Positions 11,667 to 26,281 are shown, numbered from the whole stretch's first letter. The stretch is 63,840 nucleotides of DNA, filler included, from Pelomyxa schiedti (GCA_020536535.1; 8 parts of 8 records of this genome joined end to end with filler, not necessarily neighbours in it); one strand, 5' to 3'. The notes: generated by a model from the sequence alone, not told the origin. Program-made: numbers and translations.

Positions 11667-13166
11667 ATGTCGTCGCAAGGGCCAGCGAGCAGTACAACGA
11701 CCACGACCACTACCATGACCACGGCAGCGGCGGCTACTTTGTTGATGGAAAAACATGCCGCGTTCATTAGATCTATCGACGTAGTATGCACTGCGTTATG
11801 GCCTCGTCTCCTTTCTGCCTCTTGATCTTTTACTGACTCCCTGTTCCCGGTATTCTCTTGAGTAGAAGAAGCACGAAGATTTTGAGTACTGGGTGAGTGA
11901 GCACTTGAGAATGAGTGGAGTGTACTGGGGATTTTCTGGTTGGCCTTTTCTTTGTATAAAATATTATATAATAGGCACACTTTTCCTCCCTGTCAGTAAG
12001 GGGCCAAATGCACTTAACGTCTTCACTAGCATTGTACCTGATGAACCAGTTGACCGAAACTGATACTACTGGAGTTGTGGAATGGGTGTTGTCTTGCCAG
12101 CATCCAGATGGTTGATACTTGGCGTCGCCAACGAATTAACCTCCTGTTCAGGAGGTTTTGGTGGCAATGTGGACCATGACTCTCATATGTTGTATACACT
12201 CAGTGCTATTCAAATCCTCTGTATACTCGATTCCCTCAACCAAGTAAATGTTGATTCTGTTGCAACTTGTATGTGATGAGAAAATCTGGGTTAGATTTTC
12301 ACAACCCGTTTTCAAAAACCAATATTTAGTTGTTGCAGGATTACAGCAAGCAGATGGGTCTTTTTTTGGAGATCATTGGGGAGAGGTTGATACCAGGTGC
12401 AGTTAAACAGTAAGAAAATAAGCTCTGACTCGCTTCCAGATTTAGCTATTGTGCTATTGCCTGTCTTTCCTTAATCAAAAGATTGGACAGAATCAATATT
12501 CCTGTATGTCTCTTACGAAAAGCATTTTGGTGAATGTACTTCAGAAAGCAGTTGAGTTTATTTTAAGCTGTCAGAATTTCGATGGTGGATTTGGTTGTGT
12601 CCCTGATGCAGAGTCCCATGCCGGACAAAGTGTGTCACGCAATAACTTTTTTGGCATTGACATAACTTGCCTAGCATTTTGCTGTGTCGGGGCTCTGTCT
12701 ATTGCAGGTGCCTTGGATAAAATAGACAATGCCAAACTTGCTTGGTGGCTGTCTGAGAGACAAGTTCCAAATGGCGGTCTCAATGGACGACCAGAGAAGC
12801 TTCCAGATGTAATTTTACCACCGACTGGATTGTTATATGATAATCACTAGGTGTGTTACTCATGGTGGGTACTCTCAGCGTTGAGCATACTTAGACGACT
12901 TGATTGGATCAACACTACCCAATTATGTGAGTTCATACTCAACAGCCAAGACCAAGATACAGGTGGAATAGCTGACCGACCCGGTGATATGCCTGATGTA
13001 TTCCACACATTCTTTGGCGTCGCAGGTACCAATTAAAGCAAGCCAAAATCCCAACTCACATAAACAAAAAGGTCTGTCCTTACTGGGACAATTATGTGGT
13101 ACCCAAGCCATTGATCCCTCCTACGCCCTCCCTGTCCGTGTTCTACAAAAATTGGGACTGCTGTGA
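11667..13166 (+). CDS. RABGGTB: Rab geranylgeranyltransferase (type II) beta subunit, multi-exon
   Basis: [104 protein letters not shown]. Confidence 0.95.
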
Positions 13167-13214
13167 TGAAAAAGGATTTTTTTTTATTGCATGCTTTCTA
13201 CGCCAAGGCACTCT

Positions 13215-16206
13215 TTATGGGGCTTTGAGTAGCTCATCCACTCTACTGAGTAGGTCCTCAATCAGCAAGATATTTGTTATCACTTGAGCGTTTGTCTGGT
13301 GATTGTGCATTGTTAGCACATTAATATAATGTATGCACATGCCTGTTTGAATTCTTGGATGGACATTTTCGGCAGGCCGAAATTTGTCAGGTCAGCAATT
13401 TTTGAGCTGGCTTGCTCGTCCGTCATTGTTTTTCCATAGCCTGATTGTTCCTTGAGTCTAGTGAGTTCGTCCTTGAGTGGTTGTAGGAAGTTATTGTCCA
13501 CCTGAGAATTATTAGAACAATGCTTGTGGTGCTGGGGAAAGGAAAGAGGATTATCCTGCGAACCTCCAGAATTTCACTTTTGGACCAAATGCCTGTGTAG
13601 TTTGTTCCCCTGTCTCTGATAAGGAGGTACCTGTGTAGGTTGTTATTGGTTGGTAGTGTTCATATGTTTCTCAAACCTGTACAGATTGATGCCTTGGATG
13701 ATAATGTCAAATTTTTCGGAAAAATTTCTGGGCACTAAAAATACAGGAAGAATTTCCAGCAACCTTAGGAGGAGGCACTCAAAATGAACAAATTCTTGTA
13801 CTGTTCAGATACCTTCTACTGGCAAAATTACTGGATTCCTCAGCATCACAACAGGTATTTGGCCAGGACTGATTGATTTCTTCCTTAAGTCTATGAATGA
13901 TGAGTCCTAAACTTTAAGGTTACCAAAGTAGTTAAATAACAAAACAAAACCCGTCATTGTGTAGTTGCTGCACTGCGCAATAAGTTTCTTTATAGCATCA
14001 AATCGGGGACCTGGTCTGAGGAATCCAATCGTCTTTCCCATCACATTGTACATACTAGTGCGTGCCGTACTATCTTCACACTGAGGAAGGGATATGTGAA
14101 AGTCCCAAAAAAACCTACTAAACCTGTGACATGCAGTCTATCATAGCCTTGGCAAGGGTGAAAAAAGAAATAAGGCAGGGTGTGAAAAGTACTTGTATGC
14201 AGGCTGTGATGTCTTCTAATAAGCTTGGCTCTATGGATGCCTTGCCTATTGGTCTTGAAATTACATCAAGCAGGTTCCAGCCTTTGCTGCTGAGAGATTT
14301 CCCTGGTCTAGAAATTAAAAGTTTGTATGGGAAGAAATACATACGGGCGGGCAAGCAAAGCTGTGATAAATGGTAAGGTAATTGCGAGCTTATGGTTAGG
14401 TCGAAGTACTGACGGCAGAACCAATATCGATGGTAGGCACGTCAATGGTAAACATTCTGTGGAATGCAGAAGAACACCAAGACCAATGACTGAATGAGGA
14501 AACCGTTGAAGTAGCATTTCGGGTGTAGCAGGAGAAAGTTTGTTCACCGTTGGTGCGCGAAAATCCTCCATTGCCTGTTCGACAGCGTCTTCAACCTCTT
14601 CCTCTGTTGACTCCTCTATATGTTACATATGAATTACTATGAAGGTGATAATGTAGGAACCAATAATTTCGGCAATACGATGGAAGTCGACAATGGGAGG
14701 GGCCGTGGACTTTTCCGTTTTCCTCAGAGTAACTAAGGTCTCCAAGGAAGTATGCATCGATAATCCAAGTTCAAAAAGAATCCCCTAAAGTGATAAGATG
14801 GTAATATTACAGCCATTGCAAATTACCAAAGCTGTTTTTGTAAGAAATAGTTCTACCTCTGCAAGAAGGGTAAGTTGCAACGATGGAATTTGGTACTACA
14901 CACCACCAGATAAGGAACCAACATGCTCTAACGTCATTAAAACCACGTTTTGAAGCAAGTGCCTTTGTTTTAAGTGAAACGTGTTTGGATGTTGCTTCTC
15001 TTTCTGTTAGGGATGGCTTAGATGAGGTTCAATACAGTAGAACGTGAATTATTAAAGTAATAAAAAGGCGCAGGATTTTAGTGACAGACTATCAAGTGAG
15101 GAACAAAGCCCGCAACAAAAGAGAGAATAGCATTCAGCACTGAAGATTCGATAAGGTTCTCAGCTGGATGGGCACTCTCCATTACAGTGAAGGAATACTT
15201 TTTCGTGTTACTCTCTGTTTCGGTGGTGCTGCTGTCTGTAGTCATGTATTAAGCTTTTCATTTAAGAATCAGTGTTTGGAAAAGCTTTATGTTGAAGGAT
15301 TATACAATCGATATAATTGAAGAAAGTACCGGTAGGGGTGAGAGGGGTCTGTGGGTCAATCTCTTTCAATTGTCGGAAAATTATTGAAATCATTTGAGGC
15401 AATCCTTCCAGGAACTTATGTCTTGTCTCTGGGATTCGCAATAAAACTAGGGAAACTAGTGAGTAATAAATTGTGTGGCGTGCCGTGGGACCTTTTCTGT
15501 ACGAGGGTAGTAATAGAATCTTGGTTGGTTGAGGGTGGAAGGCATCAGATTCAAGGATCTCACTGATAATGATGAACACCTCACGCGGGTTGCATGACTC
15601 TCCAATCAAATCCATAAACTACAACCGGCATTACCAAACAAATACACACTAGCTCCAAACACATAAGAAGTAAGGAAATCACCCCCGAAGACATCCTGGC
15701 ACATATCAATTTGCATCGTTCCACGCTTTGCAAACCTCCTCCACCACTTGGAGCAATACTATTAATAGCAGCAGTCGCGGTCCCATCATTCAGCCGAGCC
15801 GCACAAGGCCCGCACCCAATAAAAGGCACCACCAGATACACCACATCAAACAGCAGCGACGAATTTCTCCACGCAGCACCGCAGCCGGAATTCCCTTGGC
15901 CACCAAAAAGCACCAAGCAGGCCTCTAAGCCACACACAGCCCTATTCCACGCCAACGCCACGTCCCCATCGACGACGACGGCCTCAGAACCACCACAAGG
16001 ACGCGACTTGAGCACTGCTTGTGCGGGGAGGATTTCGTCCTTGAGCAACTGCAGGGCGCGGTCGTCGGACACACCGGGAGCCTGTTTGTAGGGACGAGGA
16101 GCAATACAAGTGTGAGAGGGGGATGGAGGATGGAAAGAAATTACAGTACAGTTATTTCAGTCACGAGGTGCTGGCAGGTACGTAGTGGTGGCTGCTGCTG
16201 TTGCAT
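13215..16206 (-). CDS. GLMN: Glomulin/ALF4-like protein (RBX1-binding cullin-RING ligase regulator), multi-exon; start approximate
   Basis: DLIGESCNPREVFIIISEILE (glomulin CNPKE motif), LIRDRGTNYTGIW, NNFLQPL and terminal LLIEDLLSRVDELL match the glomulin C-terminal pattern as recalled. Confidence 0.75.
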
Positions 16207-16298
16207 TTGCGTTGTTGTGTTTGGGTTTTTCCAGGTTTTAATTGAGGAAGGATTGGGTGCGGCTGGTAGTTACAAGGGTGGAGTGCGGGCGTGTTCTT

Positions 16299-19200
16299 TT
16301 AACCTTTTCCAAACCACTTGGAAGAGGAGGCTCTTATGGGGGTTCCGGCTCGGGTGATAGAGGTACTGGGTGTTAGGGCTGAGGAGGAACCAGTGGCAAG
16401 GGGGGGCCTTGGCTCCCGGATGAGGGATATCTGGTAGAGCAGCTTGTCACTAAGAGCTGGTAGCTCGAGGAGGAACGTGTGCAGTGGTTCTTGTATGGGG
16501 AAGGTGTAGGTTTGGTTTAGTCTGACGGTAATGGCTGTGATAGCTTTGTGCACAAGGGCACGCTTCTCGAAATTGATCATTCCTTCTAGCTGGTCTGGGT
16601 TACCTGCCAAGAGTTACGTTATATCTCGGTATTTATGCTATAAATCCATTTTCGAAATTCGAACCTTCCTCAATGAATGTGAGATCCGAAAGTACTACCC
16701 CGCTGTGAATAGTGAGTCGAGTACAAGAGAAGAATTTGATACATGAAGGGGAGTGATATTTCTGCATTGGTACTAGACAGTTCTTGTCTATAATTTCTGA
16801 AAGAACCAGATGGATCCATGAGGCTCTCTAAAGATTTAAGCGACTTTGCTCGAGCTTTGTCTATTGTGGCCATGAGAGTTTTCAAGCGAGTGATGCTGCT
16901 GTTGGAAAATCCAACAATAAACGACATTAAGGTGTGATAATTGTTCAGTTTCTTGAATTTCTGCCAGAAAGGATATTTCATTGTGGGGGAAAATAGAACG
17001 GTACTTGCCTGCGCAATATCTACGAGCTTTAGAAGCATGGAGCTCCGCATAGCGTCAGTAGGGCACATCAAAATTAACTGAGACATCCAAGCAGATAGTT
17101 GATTCGACCTTGCAAGTAAGTGTATCACATTAGGAGCTCTGTGTTGAAGCTTAGGCTTGCTCCATGCCAAGTCCAAGAGTTCGCGAGGCTGTTGTGTGAT
17201 TAACTGGTTTTTACCCCTTTTTCGCACCCAATTTACCTCTATTGCTTGGAATATTTTTGCGTCAATGAGAGTTAACTGGCGAGCAATGGCAGAAGTCTTC
17301 GTCTCCATGAAGAACCTGATCGGAGATAATCTTTCCTCGGGAATCTAGGAGTAAAGTATGAATTTTTGCTGTGTAAGAAATTATGACAGTACTATAATGT
17401 CACAAGGAGGTATGAGCAAGGTTTTAATTTTTCGTTCTCGTTGCTGCTTTTTCCTTTCAAGTTCCGATTTCATCATACTAACGGCGGTACCCCAGCCGTC
17501 ATTTACACAATTTACATCAAAAAAGTGGTTAAGCCTAGTTAGTTGTATGAGAGGAGAATCTTTCAGAAGAGGTTTGTTACTTGGCTAGGAGCTCGTCGTC
17601 GAACTCATCGAACTGCGATTCTACCCAGTGCTGGGTTATGTTAGAGAGTAAACAAAGGATAAGACTAATACCTTAATAAAAATAATTACACGCATCTGGA
17701 CGATTTTTTTTAAATCCGGTTTCTCGGGAGGGACATTGTACCTTATAGTATTAGTTACAATTTACTCAGGAAACTGCAAACCGTTCCAAGAGTTTGTCAA
17801 ACAACTTCAGAGGTGTAGTAAATGAACAGAAAGTGGTAGCAAAAGTCATCAAGAATGAGGGTTCTAGTCAGAGGTGGGTATTTTCTACGGTAGTACCTCA
17901 TTTTTACCAATAATATTACAGGGTGTTGCACATTCTACTAGTTTATTTAGTGTGGCAGCTCTGATTTGGCCATCAGATGCCATGAGATATTTACGAGGCG
18001 TTAGTAGTTCATCCCACATTGGGCCCTCTCGGTCTACGTCTGATCCATTTAATGATTCAGAGCCTAAGCCAAGTATTTAAGTTCACATTTTTCTTAAACA
18101 AAAAAAAACAAGAACCTCTTCCTTGATTGAGTTTCAAGAATTTTGCTGATTCCACACAATTTGCGAGATTTCCAAGTGCTGAGACAAGGCCAGTTGCAGT
18201 GGAAACGATTTCAAACAGTTGTAATGTAGATGGGGTGTTATTGCATAAAGCACTAATGGTAGAGAGCAATAGGCATAGGTGAACTCTACAGAATGGGTGT
18301 TATCCCAAGTACCTTCCCTTCATAGGACTCACCGAATACAATTTGAAAACGTGAAGCATTGCCGCTCTAGGCCTCCCTCCATAAACTTCAGAGTAAGTGA
18401 TGCTCCTCCAGCAGCGCTTGCAATATTGCTGTTCACAACACCTTTCAGACTTGTGGAACTTAGGTCTACTCTCACAGCCTCATACATCTGGGAGCAAAGA
18501 GTCAGTCAATAGTACTGAAGAGTTTTTCTTACATCTTTGACAGCTGGCAGATCTGGCTCTGGAGCTTCCTGGCTCACTTTTACTAGACACATGGACATTA
18601 AGTCAATCAACAGTTTGTGTGTCGAACTCATCAATGCCACAAACTTGTAAGAACGAAAAGATGAGGGAGAGAAGAGAAAAACAGAAGTTTACTTCAAGGT
18701 ATGTTTCTTCTGTTCTTGAAGAAACAAAACAAGACGTGGCATGCATCATTATTCCCAGAACAGCATCCCCAAACGATGCTTCAAGAATGTCATACAAATT
18801 TATGTGGAAATCAATACACACCTGCAAGAGCTATCAACTCCTCTACTGCAGCATCTTTCTCCATCATTTGTCTTCGTTCTTCTTCTGATGATGGTACTGT
18901 AGAATACAATTGTCAAGCCCTCAAAAGTGGGGAGAAGAGAAAGAAACCGGGGCGTGTGTCAGCGCGGCCTGACAGCCGTTGCCCAATTTTTGTTCTAGGA
19001 AGAAAAGAATCGGTATGATAACAAGATGTGGACTTGTTACCTAATCAGTACTTTTTGGAAATCATTGAAAGTATTGTTTGTTGAATCACGTCTGGAAGAT
19101 AGTGACATCAACACATTCAGGTCTCTAAAAAAGGAAATGGAATCCAATGAGTCTTCATCTGTCACAATGGAGGGAAAGCAAACGTGGATACTTTTTTGAT

Positions 19201-21368
19201 TGGTTTCGAGCATCAGATATCATAGAATTTCGTGGTGACACGGGAGATGGTGAAGGTGAGGTCACAATACATGGCTCTTCAGACTCGTATTGCTGTACAC
19301 ACCAATGAGGTGGTTCTATGTAAATAGCAATACTATTATGTCACAGGCTGAGTAGAATGAATCAACGATGGCATTCTGAATTGAATCCTTCTTTTCTGGT
19401 TCTAAATTATCCCAGGATTCTGCCAGTTGCGGAAGAGAAGTCTTAATTGTAGCAAGCAGCTGGGAAAATATAAAGGATTTTTAGTCAATGTGTGAGAATG
19501 GAAAACAAGAAAACCTGGCTGGAAAGTCTTACTAATTGCTGTTGCTGAGAGAAAGCAGATTTATGCTTGGACTTGAAATGTTTTCGGTGGCGCTAACAGC
19601 ATATGAAGAAGAAGAAATGGAAGACGGGTGAATACCTTAGGTCCAACAGGCGTAGCCCCGGGATCATTAATAGATGGATCAGCAATGACAACCTGTTTTA
19701 TTTGTTTAGAGCAGGAGATAGACGAACTATAAGTACCATTTTTTCTGTTGCCGTTGTGTGGATATCCAAGTGTTGTGGCGAATCAGACGTTGTTGTCTAA
19801 GGAAAAAGGAAGAAGGCTATTGGAGAAACGTTCGAAACTTACATTATCAATTCCAGACTGTGGCTTGGACAAATTAACTTGGATATGTAAAAAAGAGTTT
19901 TAATTCTGGTTCAGTACTTACGATGTGAGATTCTGTTGTCCAATTGGTAGTCTGCAGAGGCTCGTTTTTTCCTAAGAAAGCTCAAAACAGAAGCCAGGAA
20001 TACCTGACACAGTACCTTTCATCAATTGTAGAGTTCGATTCACCTGTCTGTTATATTTTTTTTTAATTTCTGTGTTTTATGTAGGACACGCTACCTGTGG
20101 TTGTGATTTAGATCTTGCATGGTAGTATGGCAAGGATTTCATCTCCTCACTATCTTGGGTGACACTGTTGGCTTCCTCTTGAATGTTCTCCTCTTCTCTT
20201 TTTTCAATACTGAGGGGTGAAACAGGTCTGGGTAACGGGGACAGGGGTGCAGATGAAGGAGAAGTGCCAGAGTGTAAAAGGGATTTGATTGCTTCCGAAA
20301 GTTTAGAAACCCCCTTTTTCAGTTGGTCAACATAGGTGGGATCACTTTTGCTCTAGTTATGCACTTTAGTTGACATATGAAGTAAATAGTAGTACCGTGA
20401 AAGTGAGCTTGGCAATGGAGAGGATTGCTAAGCTCTGTTGTTTGATCCTTATTTTAGGAATCAGAGTCAGAAAACATTATGCATGTGATAAGATAAATCA
20501 CCCAACTGGTCAGCATTTGCCTGTAAACCTTTCAAATTTGCAGCAAATACGAGTTCACCAACTGCGTCATTGAATGACTTAGCGCCAAGTACAAAGGTTT
20601 CTTGGGATAAACTCTGAGCGGATGTTTGAAGCTGAGCTAGCATAACAGCCACATTTTTTACTTTGTGGATAAATCGTAGATTCTCCTGCATCAAGTGAGT
20701 TTGTACATGCATCAGTTATTTTATCACCTCCTTGGAGTTATCACACAACGTGGCAGATACAGTAGCAGCCGCAATGCTTGCATATTCTTCCTGCTGGATA
20801 GTATCAAGCAAGGTGACTACTTTTTTTACCCCTTCTGTCAATGAATGCAGGCTGCTGGTAAGTTGACTTAGTATGCTAGGGTCGCCTGTCCCGTTGTAGG
20901 CCGCCTGGCATGAAGCTTTAGGCGGGTGACATTATGTGGGTTTTTTTTTGTGAAAAAAAGGGGTGCAACAGGTAAAGTGACAAGTGAACTTAGTGCCAAC
21001 CTACCTTAGCTTTTTGTATATAATCACCCACAAGAGGGTCCAGTTTGATTTGCCTAAGAGCCACGACAGATGGCCTACAACCGTTTCAGAAAAACCAAAA
21101 AAAAAAAAAAAAAAAAAGTGCACCCGTCAAATTTGATGCTATGGACAGCAAAAGAAATGTCTTTTAGTGCCACGTAGAGCTTCTCACAAGCGGTCAACAG
21201 AGTCCCGTCGTGGCTCACAGTGCCACACTTGCAGAAAATGAAAAAAACACGAAACCAAACTCCCCGACGTACAACGATGTCCTTGAGCTCCTTGCTCGCC
21301 ACAAGAAGCATTTTAGCAGACTTCATAACCTGGCCATAGTCGTCCTCCTCCTCAGGTACGGCAGTCAT
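16299..21368 (-). CDS. RasGEF (REM + CDC25) with a long N-terminal helical region, multi-exon; single-gene status of 18300-21368 inferred
   Basis: IRAATLNKLVE (REM); IARQLTLIDAKIFQAI, NQLSAWMSQLIL, LNNYHTLMSFIVGFSNSSITRL, INFEKR and LYQISLIREPR (CDC25). Confidence 0.85.
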
Positions 21369-21729
21369 CCCTCCACCTCCCTCACCACTAACCTCCTTTA
21401 GATCCGATCTCCGCTTCTTCTTGTGTCACCCTCTTCGCCCCTCAAGATCTACCTGAACGCCTGGCCTTTGTTTTTATTTTATTCCTTTCTAATAATTTTT
21501 GCTTGACACCTTGGCAGGTTAACCATCTCCATTTCATGCATGATGATCAAATAAGCGAAGAGTAAATAGAGAAAAAAGGGAACCATTTTCTCCTCAAAGA
21601 AGAAACACAGAACAAACCCCACCCACCAACCTTGTTGTGTTTTGTTTAAGGAGAACCAAGGGAGTTTTGTTTTGACTTTGCTTTGAGCATTGGTTAGAAA
21701 AAAAAAAGGTTCAGAGGCAGATTGTGTGC

Positions 21730-24700
21730 TCAAAGACGGGCCTGAGACACCTCAGAAACGAGGGAGGCAGCCAAAGCAGGGTCGTTGCACTTGAGGTCAA
21801 CGCCGATCACTTTGGTGCCGTCCTTGAGGTCCTTTTCCTTGAAGAGGATGGCGACGTGGGCGCCCTGCAGCGTCCGCCCGTAGTATATCCGGTTGTTGGA
21901 GTTCTTGACCGGCACAAGGTGCAGAAGCTCGCCCACGGCTTGGCTCGTGGCCGCCATGTCACTAGAAACCACGTCCGTCGTGGAGAGTGCTGTGAAAAAG
22001 CAAAAGTGTTAGTGGAAGACTGTATGATATTACACAGAGAGTGTGTTTTGTTTTTGTTTTTGTTTGTTTCTGTAGTGGGAAGTATACCGAATTCCATTGT
22101 CTTGAGAAGTGCAACAAGTTCGGATTTTTCTAGGACAGCGGGAGCTACAAATACACTGCACGGGATTGCAAATTGGAAGTCCAGGGATCCAACACCAGAA
22201 GGCTTCTACTTACACTGTGAACATTGTTGGTAATGGAGAACTGGTATAACCTTGAATTTGACGGCTCCAGTTATTGGTTGTGGTACCGAGAAAGTCTTGA
22301 AGTTGAAGAGAAGTTGGTGTGTGGCAACTTGTCCTGGAGCCAAAACAAAGTGTCCCTTCTCAAACTAAATGGGGTGAGTAATGAAACATGTTGAGAAGAG
22401 GGGACCTTTGGTGTATGGGCCATTTGCATGTTGGGTGTATCCACAGAAGAAAATTCGAAGGCTGAAAGTTCGTTTGGAGACACATTCCGTATTTTCAACG
22501 CGACTATCATTTTATTTTTTTCATTGGGGTTCGTCTTCACTTCGTATGCCTGATAAAGTTTAGGTAACAGTTAATTTTGGTAGTTTACACACAAGCTCGA
22601 TGGATTCGTTCTTGCACAAATCTTTTGTAGTTATGGTTACCTTGGTTGGGGTAACTTGTGCGGCTAGTGCAGGCGAGTTTTCTAAATGAAGTTGTTAATG
22701 CACGGTAAACTCAGAACGAACATACGAGGGGGGGTTGTGCCTGTTGGTGCGCGGGTGGAAGGAGAGCCAGGTACGGTGTCCGGTGATAGTTCTGTGATTT
22801 GGGTAGGTCGTTGAATCATCCTGGGTTTACTGTGTTTTGTGAGAAGGGAACTGTAGTTTGAACCAAATACCTTGACGGAGTTGCCGCTTTGGTTGTAGGA
22901 GGTGTTGTGGGGAGGGTGGATTCCTTTGGCGGAGAGTCTCGAAGAATGTATGGTGAGGGATTGGAATGTGTTCCAGGTCTTTGCGGAACAGGAACCGGAG
23001 CCGACTCCTTTCCTCTTCCCCTACCCTTTGTGGCGGTTGCGGGTTCCTGAAAAGCGACATGAGTAACAAAAGCCCAAAAGGGAGAGGAACCTTGGGCTCT
23101 CCAGACCGTGGTGCTGTCACAGGTGAGGAAACAACACGATGAGTGCGTACGGGCAGAACAAATTCCGTATCTTCGGCATTTAGATCTACACGTGAAAGAG
23201 GATCGTCATCTTCTGTAGTCCCCTGCGAAAGCTCAGCAATTTAAGGGAGAAGATGAGCTTTACCTTCTCCGTTTTGGTTGGAGCCGTCTCTGCCCCATCA
23301 GGAAGGTCTTCCACTGTGGAAACCTTGTAGACTTTCGGCTTGACACGGCGCTTTCCGCGACCCTTGCCTGTTTGCTTTGTGCTGTTCACTGAAAAGTGGT
23401 AAGCTCTCAAACGGGTGATTGTTGGAAACCTTGTATGGGGCCCAGATCTTCGTTTATTGCTGTGGTGGGAATGTTTTCCTTATCAGAGAGAATAAACCTT
23501 GTATCAACATTGGGTCGTGTTGACTGCGAATGTGAGGAGAAATTTTATGAGGAAACGCAGTACTTTGGGTGTCTCTTGATCTTCCTGTCCCATTTGGGCC
23601 AGCTCTTGCATATCCTACTGTTGTTAACAAATGGAAAAACAGAATGGAGAAAACCTTTTCTGTTGCCTTGTAGTCCCCATCAAAACCAGGCTCATCAGCT
23701 GCTTCATCAGGGATGAGTTCCCCAATTACATGGTCTAGATCCAACCCTTCTGGAACCTTCACCTTTTTCTGGGCACCTTTGGCAACAGGTAAAAGAGTCT
23801 CTGTGAAAAGGCCAATGAGCTCGTGAGAGATGTCTTGGCCTTGCTCGAGGCACTCAAGATAGAAGCGAATCATTTCTTGAACAAAGCATGCACGCTCTTG
23901 AACTTCAAGATGAACACTTTGCGTAAACATGACAAGCCTAAACACGAGGGAAACATATGTAAAAATTACCCAATTATTTGTAAGATACCTATTTAGTAAA
24001 AGTTGAGCAGCCTCCTTAACTTCATCTGGTGTTGCCGGTTCTCTGGGGTGAATGTCTTCATCCCCCTGAAGTGAAGTTACCAATAAAAAACGAAAATAAT
24101 GGAGCAACCTCTACAGGTTGAGTTCCACCGACAAGAGAGGCAAACAATTTAAGAACCGCTTGAATGTACGTTGCTTGAACATGAGCAGGGAGGGAAGTAA
24201 CGCGAGGTTGTAAAAGTGATTCCATAACTGTCACAATTGGAAGTTGCATATATCTGTGCACCTGGTTGGAAAAGAATAAAATTGGGCTACACGCACGGGT
24301 TATATTCTCCACATAACCAAGCAGAAGCATCAAGTATCTCGCAAACACCCCCTTCAGTTGGATTTGCCATTAAACGAGTTTCTTTCAATAACTCTATCTA
24401 AAAGAGACTGAATGCAAGAGAGTGGCACTTAGAACCTACCACAAGTTGTATTCCGAACGAACGCACAACGGGGACACGGATTATCACATCTAAAATCTGC
24501 TCAGCCACGAGTTTTCCATGTGAAGTACTCTAAGGGGAATGACTTCTAACATAACAACAAAAAGAACAACCTGCATTTTGCATATATTGGCAAGAATGGA
24601 AAGATACCACTCAAAGTCTGTTACGTGGGCATATTGATCTGCCAAAAATTTTCAGACCAAATTATGAAATGAAAGAGCGGACCCATATGACAGAGCTCCA

Positions 24701-26281
24701 CAATTTTATTTATAAGTTCGTCTCTGAAACTGCCCTCAGAGTGTTCCATGTTGTTCAACAACTTCTGAACTATCTCTTTCAAATTTTTCTTTGACACCTT
24801 TTTTGACGTCATAACACGTCTCGGGATTTGAAGTCTAGTACCATTCCCGTGAGAAGGTCCAGAGCACGGTGGCGGATAGTAACATCCTCGTCATCCAAAC
24901 ACATCATAACCAAGTCACGATGCTCTGCTACAGCCTTGGGATGAATCTTCATAATACTGTGCAAAGCCAACAACCCGAGATACTTAACTTTGGGAAAATG
25001 AATAAAAAAAAAAGAGAAGGGGAGGAAGTACGGTTGGGATCTGGGTCTTCAATAAACGATCTCAATTTCACAATGCACAGCTTCATTGTTGGTAAATGAC
25101 CGGAAAGACCAGCGATACAAGTCTGGATCGATTCATACAACAGAGACATTGATGGAGTCGAGTTGATAATGCGGGTAATTGGATCTACGAGCAACTTTGC
25201 AAAACGGTGATCCATGGGAGTGAGAGCCCCAAACTGTGGCAATTAAACAAAAACAAATTCTAACTCCAACATACCAACTTCACGACTTTAATCAACATCC
25301 AATTGTTGTTTTGATGGGTATTCAGAATTTCAAAGAAAGTGGGGGCCAGAGAGATGTAATTGCGGGGATTTTTACGGGCAAGTTCACAAATAACATGGAC
25401 TGCAGCACTCACAACACCTAAGATTGTTTGATCAATTGAAGAAAAGTACTAGGTTAAAGCACCTGCATCTTGGTCGGTGAGTTTGTCCTTCAGCCTTGGA
25501 AAAGCAGGTCTCAAAGCATCCGGGAACTTGACGAAAATGCGGTAAAGAGCTAAAATAGCACGTTTCCTCACGTATGGGCGGGAACTTCAAAGAGTTGGAA
25601 AAATCTTGGTGATGTTTTGTCTACCTATTGCAGATTGGCAGGAGATCCGCCGCCAAATCCCTGGCCAAATCAGGAGTGCAAATATTAGCAAGACAGTTTA
25701 ACGCTGCACCAGTTTCCCACTGTGTCTTGGCAACGAAGTCCTAGGGGGGAAAAATTTAATCAAAGAGAGGAGGATGCAGAGAACAGGAAACCTTCTTGAA
25801 AAAATTTGTCATGAGTAAAATGACTTGGGTGGAATCACTGAAAGATTGAGCAGCGCAGGTGTAGGCAATGCGTTTCAACCAGTACTTGTTACTGCTGAGA
25901 ACTTCCACAACATTGAAAGAGGAAAATGTAATATCATATCCCAGCATTTGAAGCTGCACTCACAGTAAAATAACGGAATCACGAGCTCAATGTACACACA
26001 TAAGTCAACTTTTGGAGTGCAGTGGCTTTCCTCGACATCTGGTCGGACCTAAGCTCGTCCTTGATGACTTGCATTTGGTCGCTAATGTACTTGCCCTCAT
26101 TCTTTTTATTTGCCCTTATTCCTCTGACCATGTCACTCAAGTTGTTCGCAAACAACGGAGCAACTATTGAAAGAGGGAAAAAAAAACCCGTCGTTGGTTG
26201 CCGGGGAAAAAAAAAAAAAAAACAAAAAAAAAAAAAACCAAAGCACTAACCCTTGTTCTTGATCGTGTCAATAGCGTCCAT
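21730..26281 (-). CDS. AP3D1: AP-3 complex subunit delta, multi-exon
   Basis: LSDMVRGIRANKKNEGKYI, LQMLGYDITFSSFNVVEVLSS..KRIAY..AAQSF, HPYVRKRA, LRSFIEDPDPN, HLEVQERA, VAKGAQKKVKVPEGLDLD. Confidence 0.93.
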
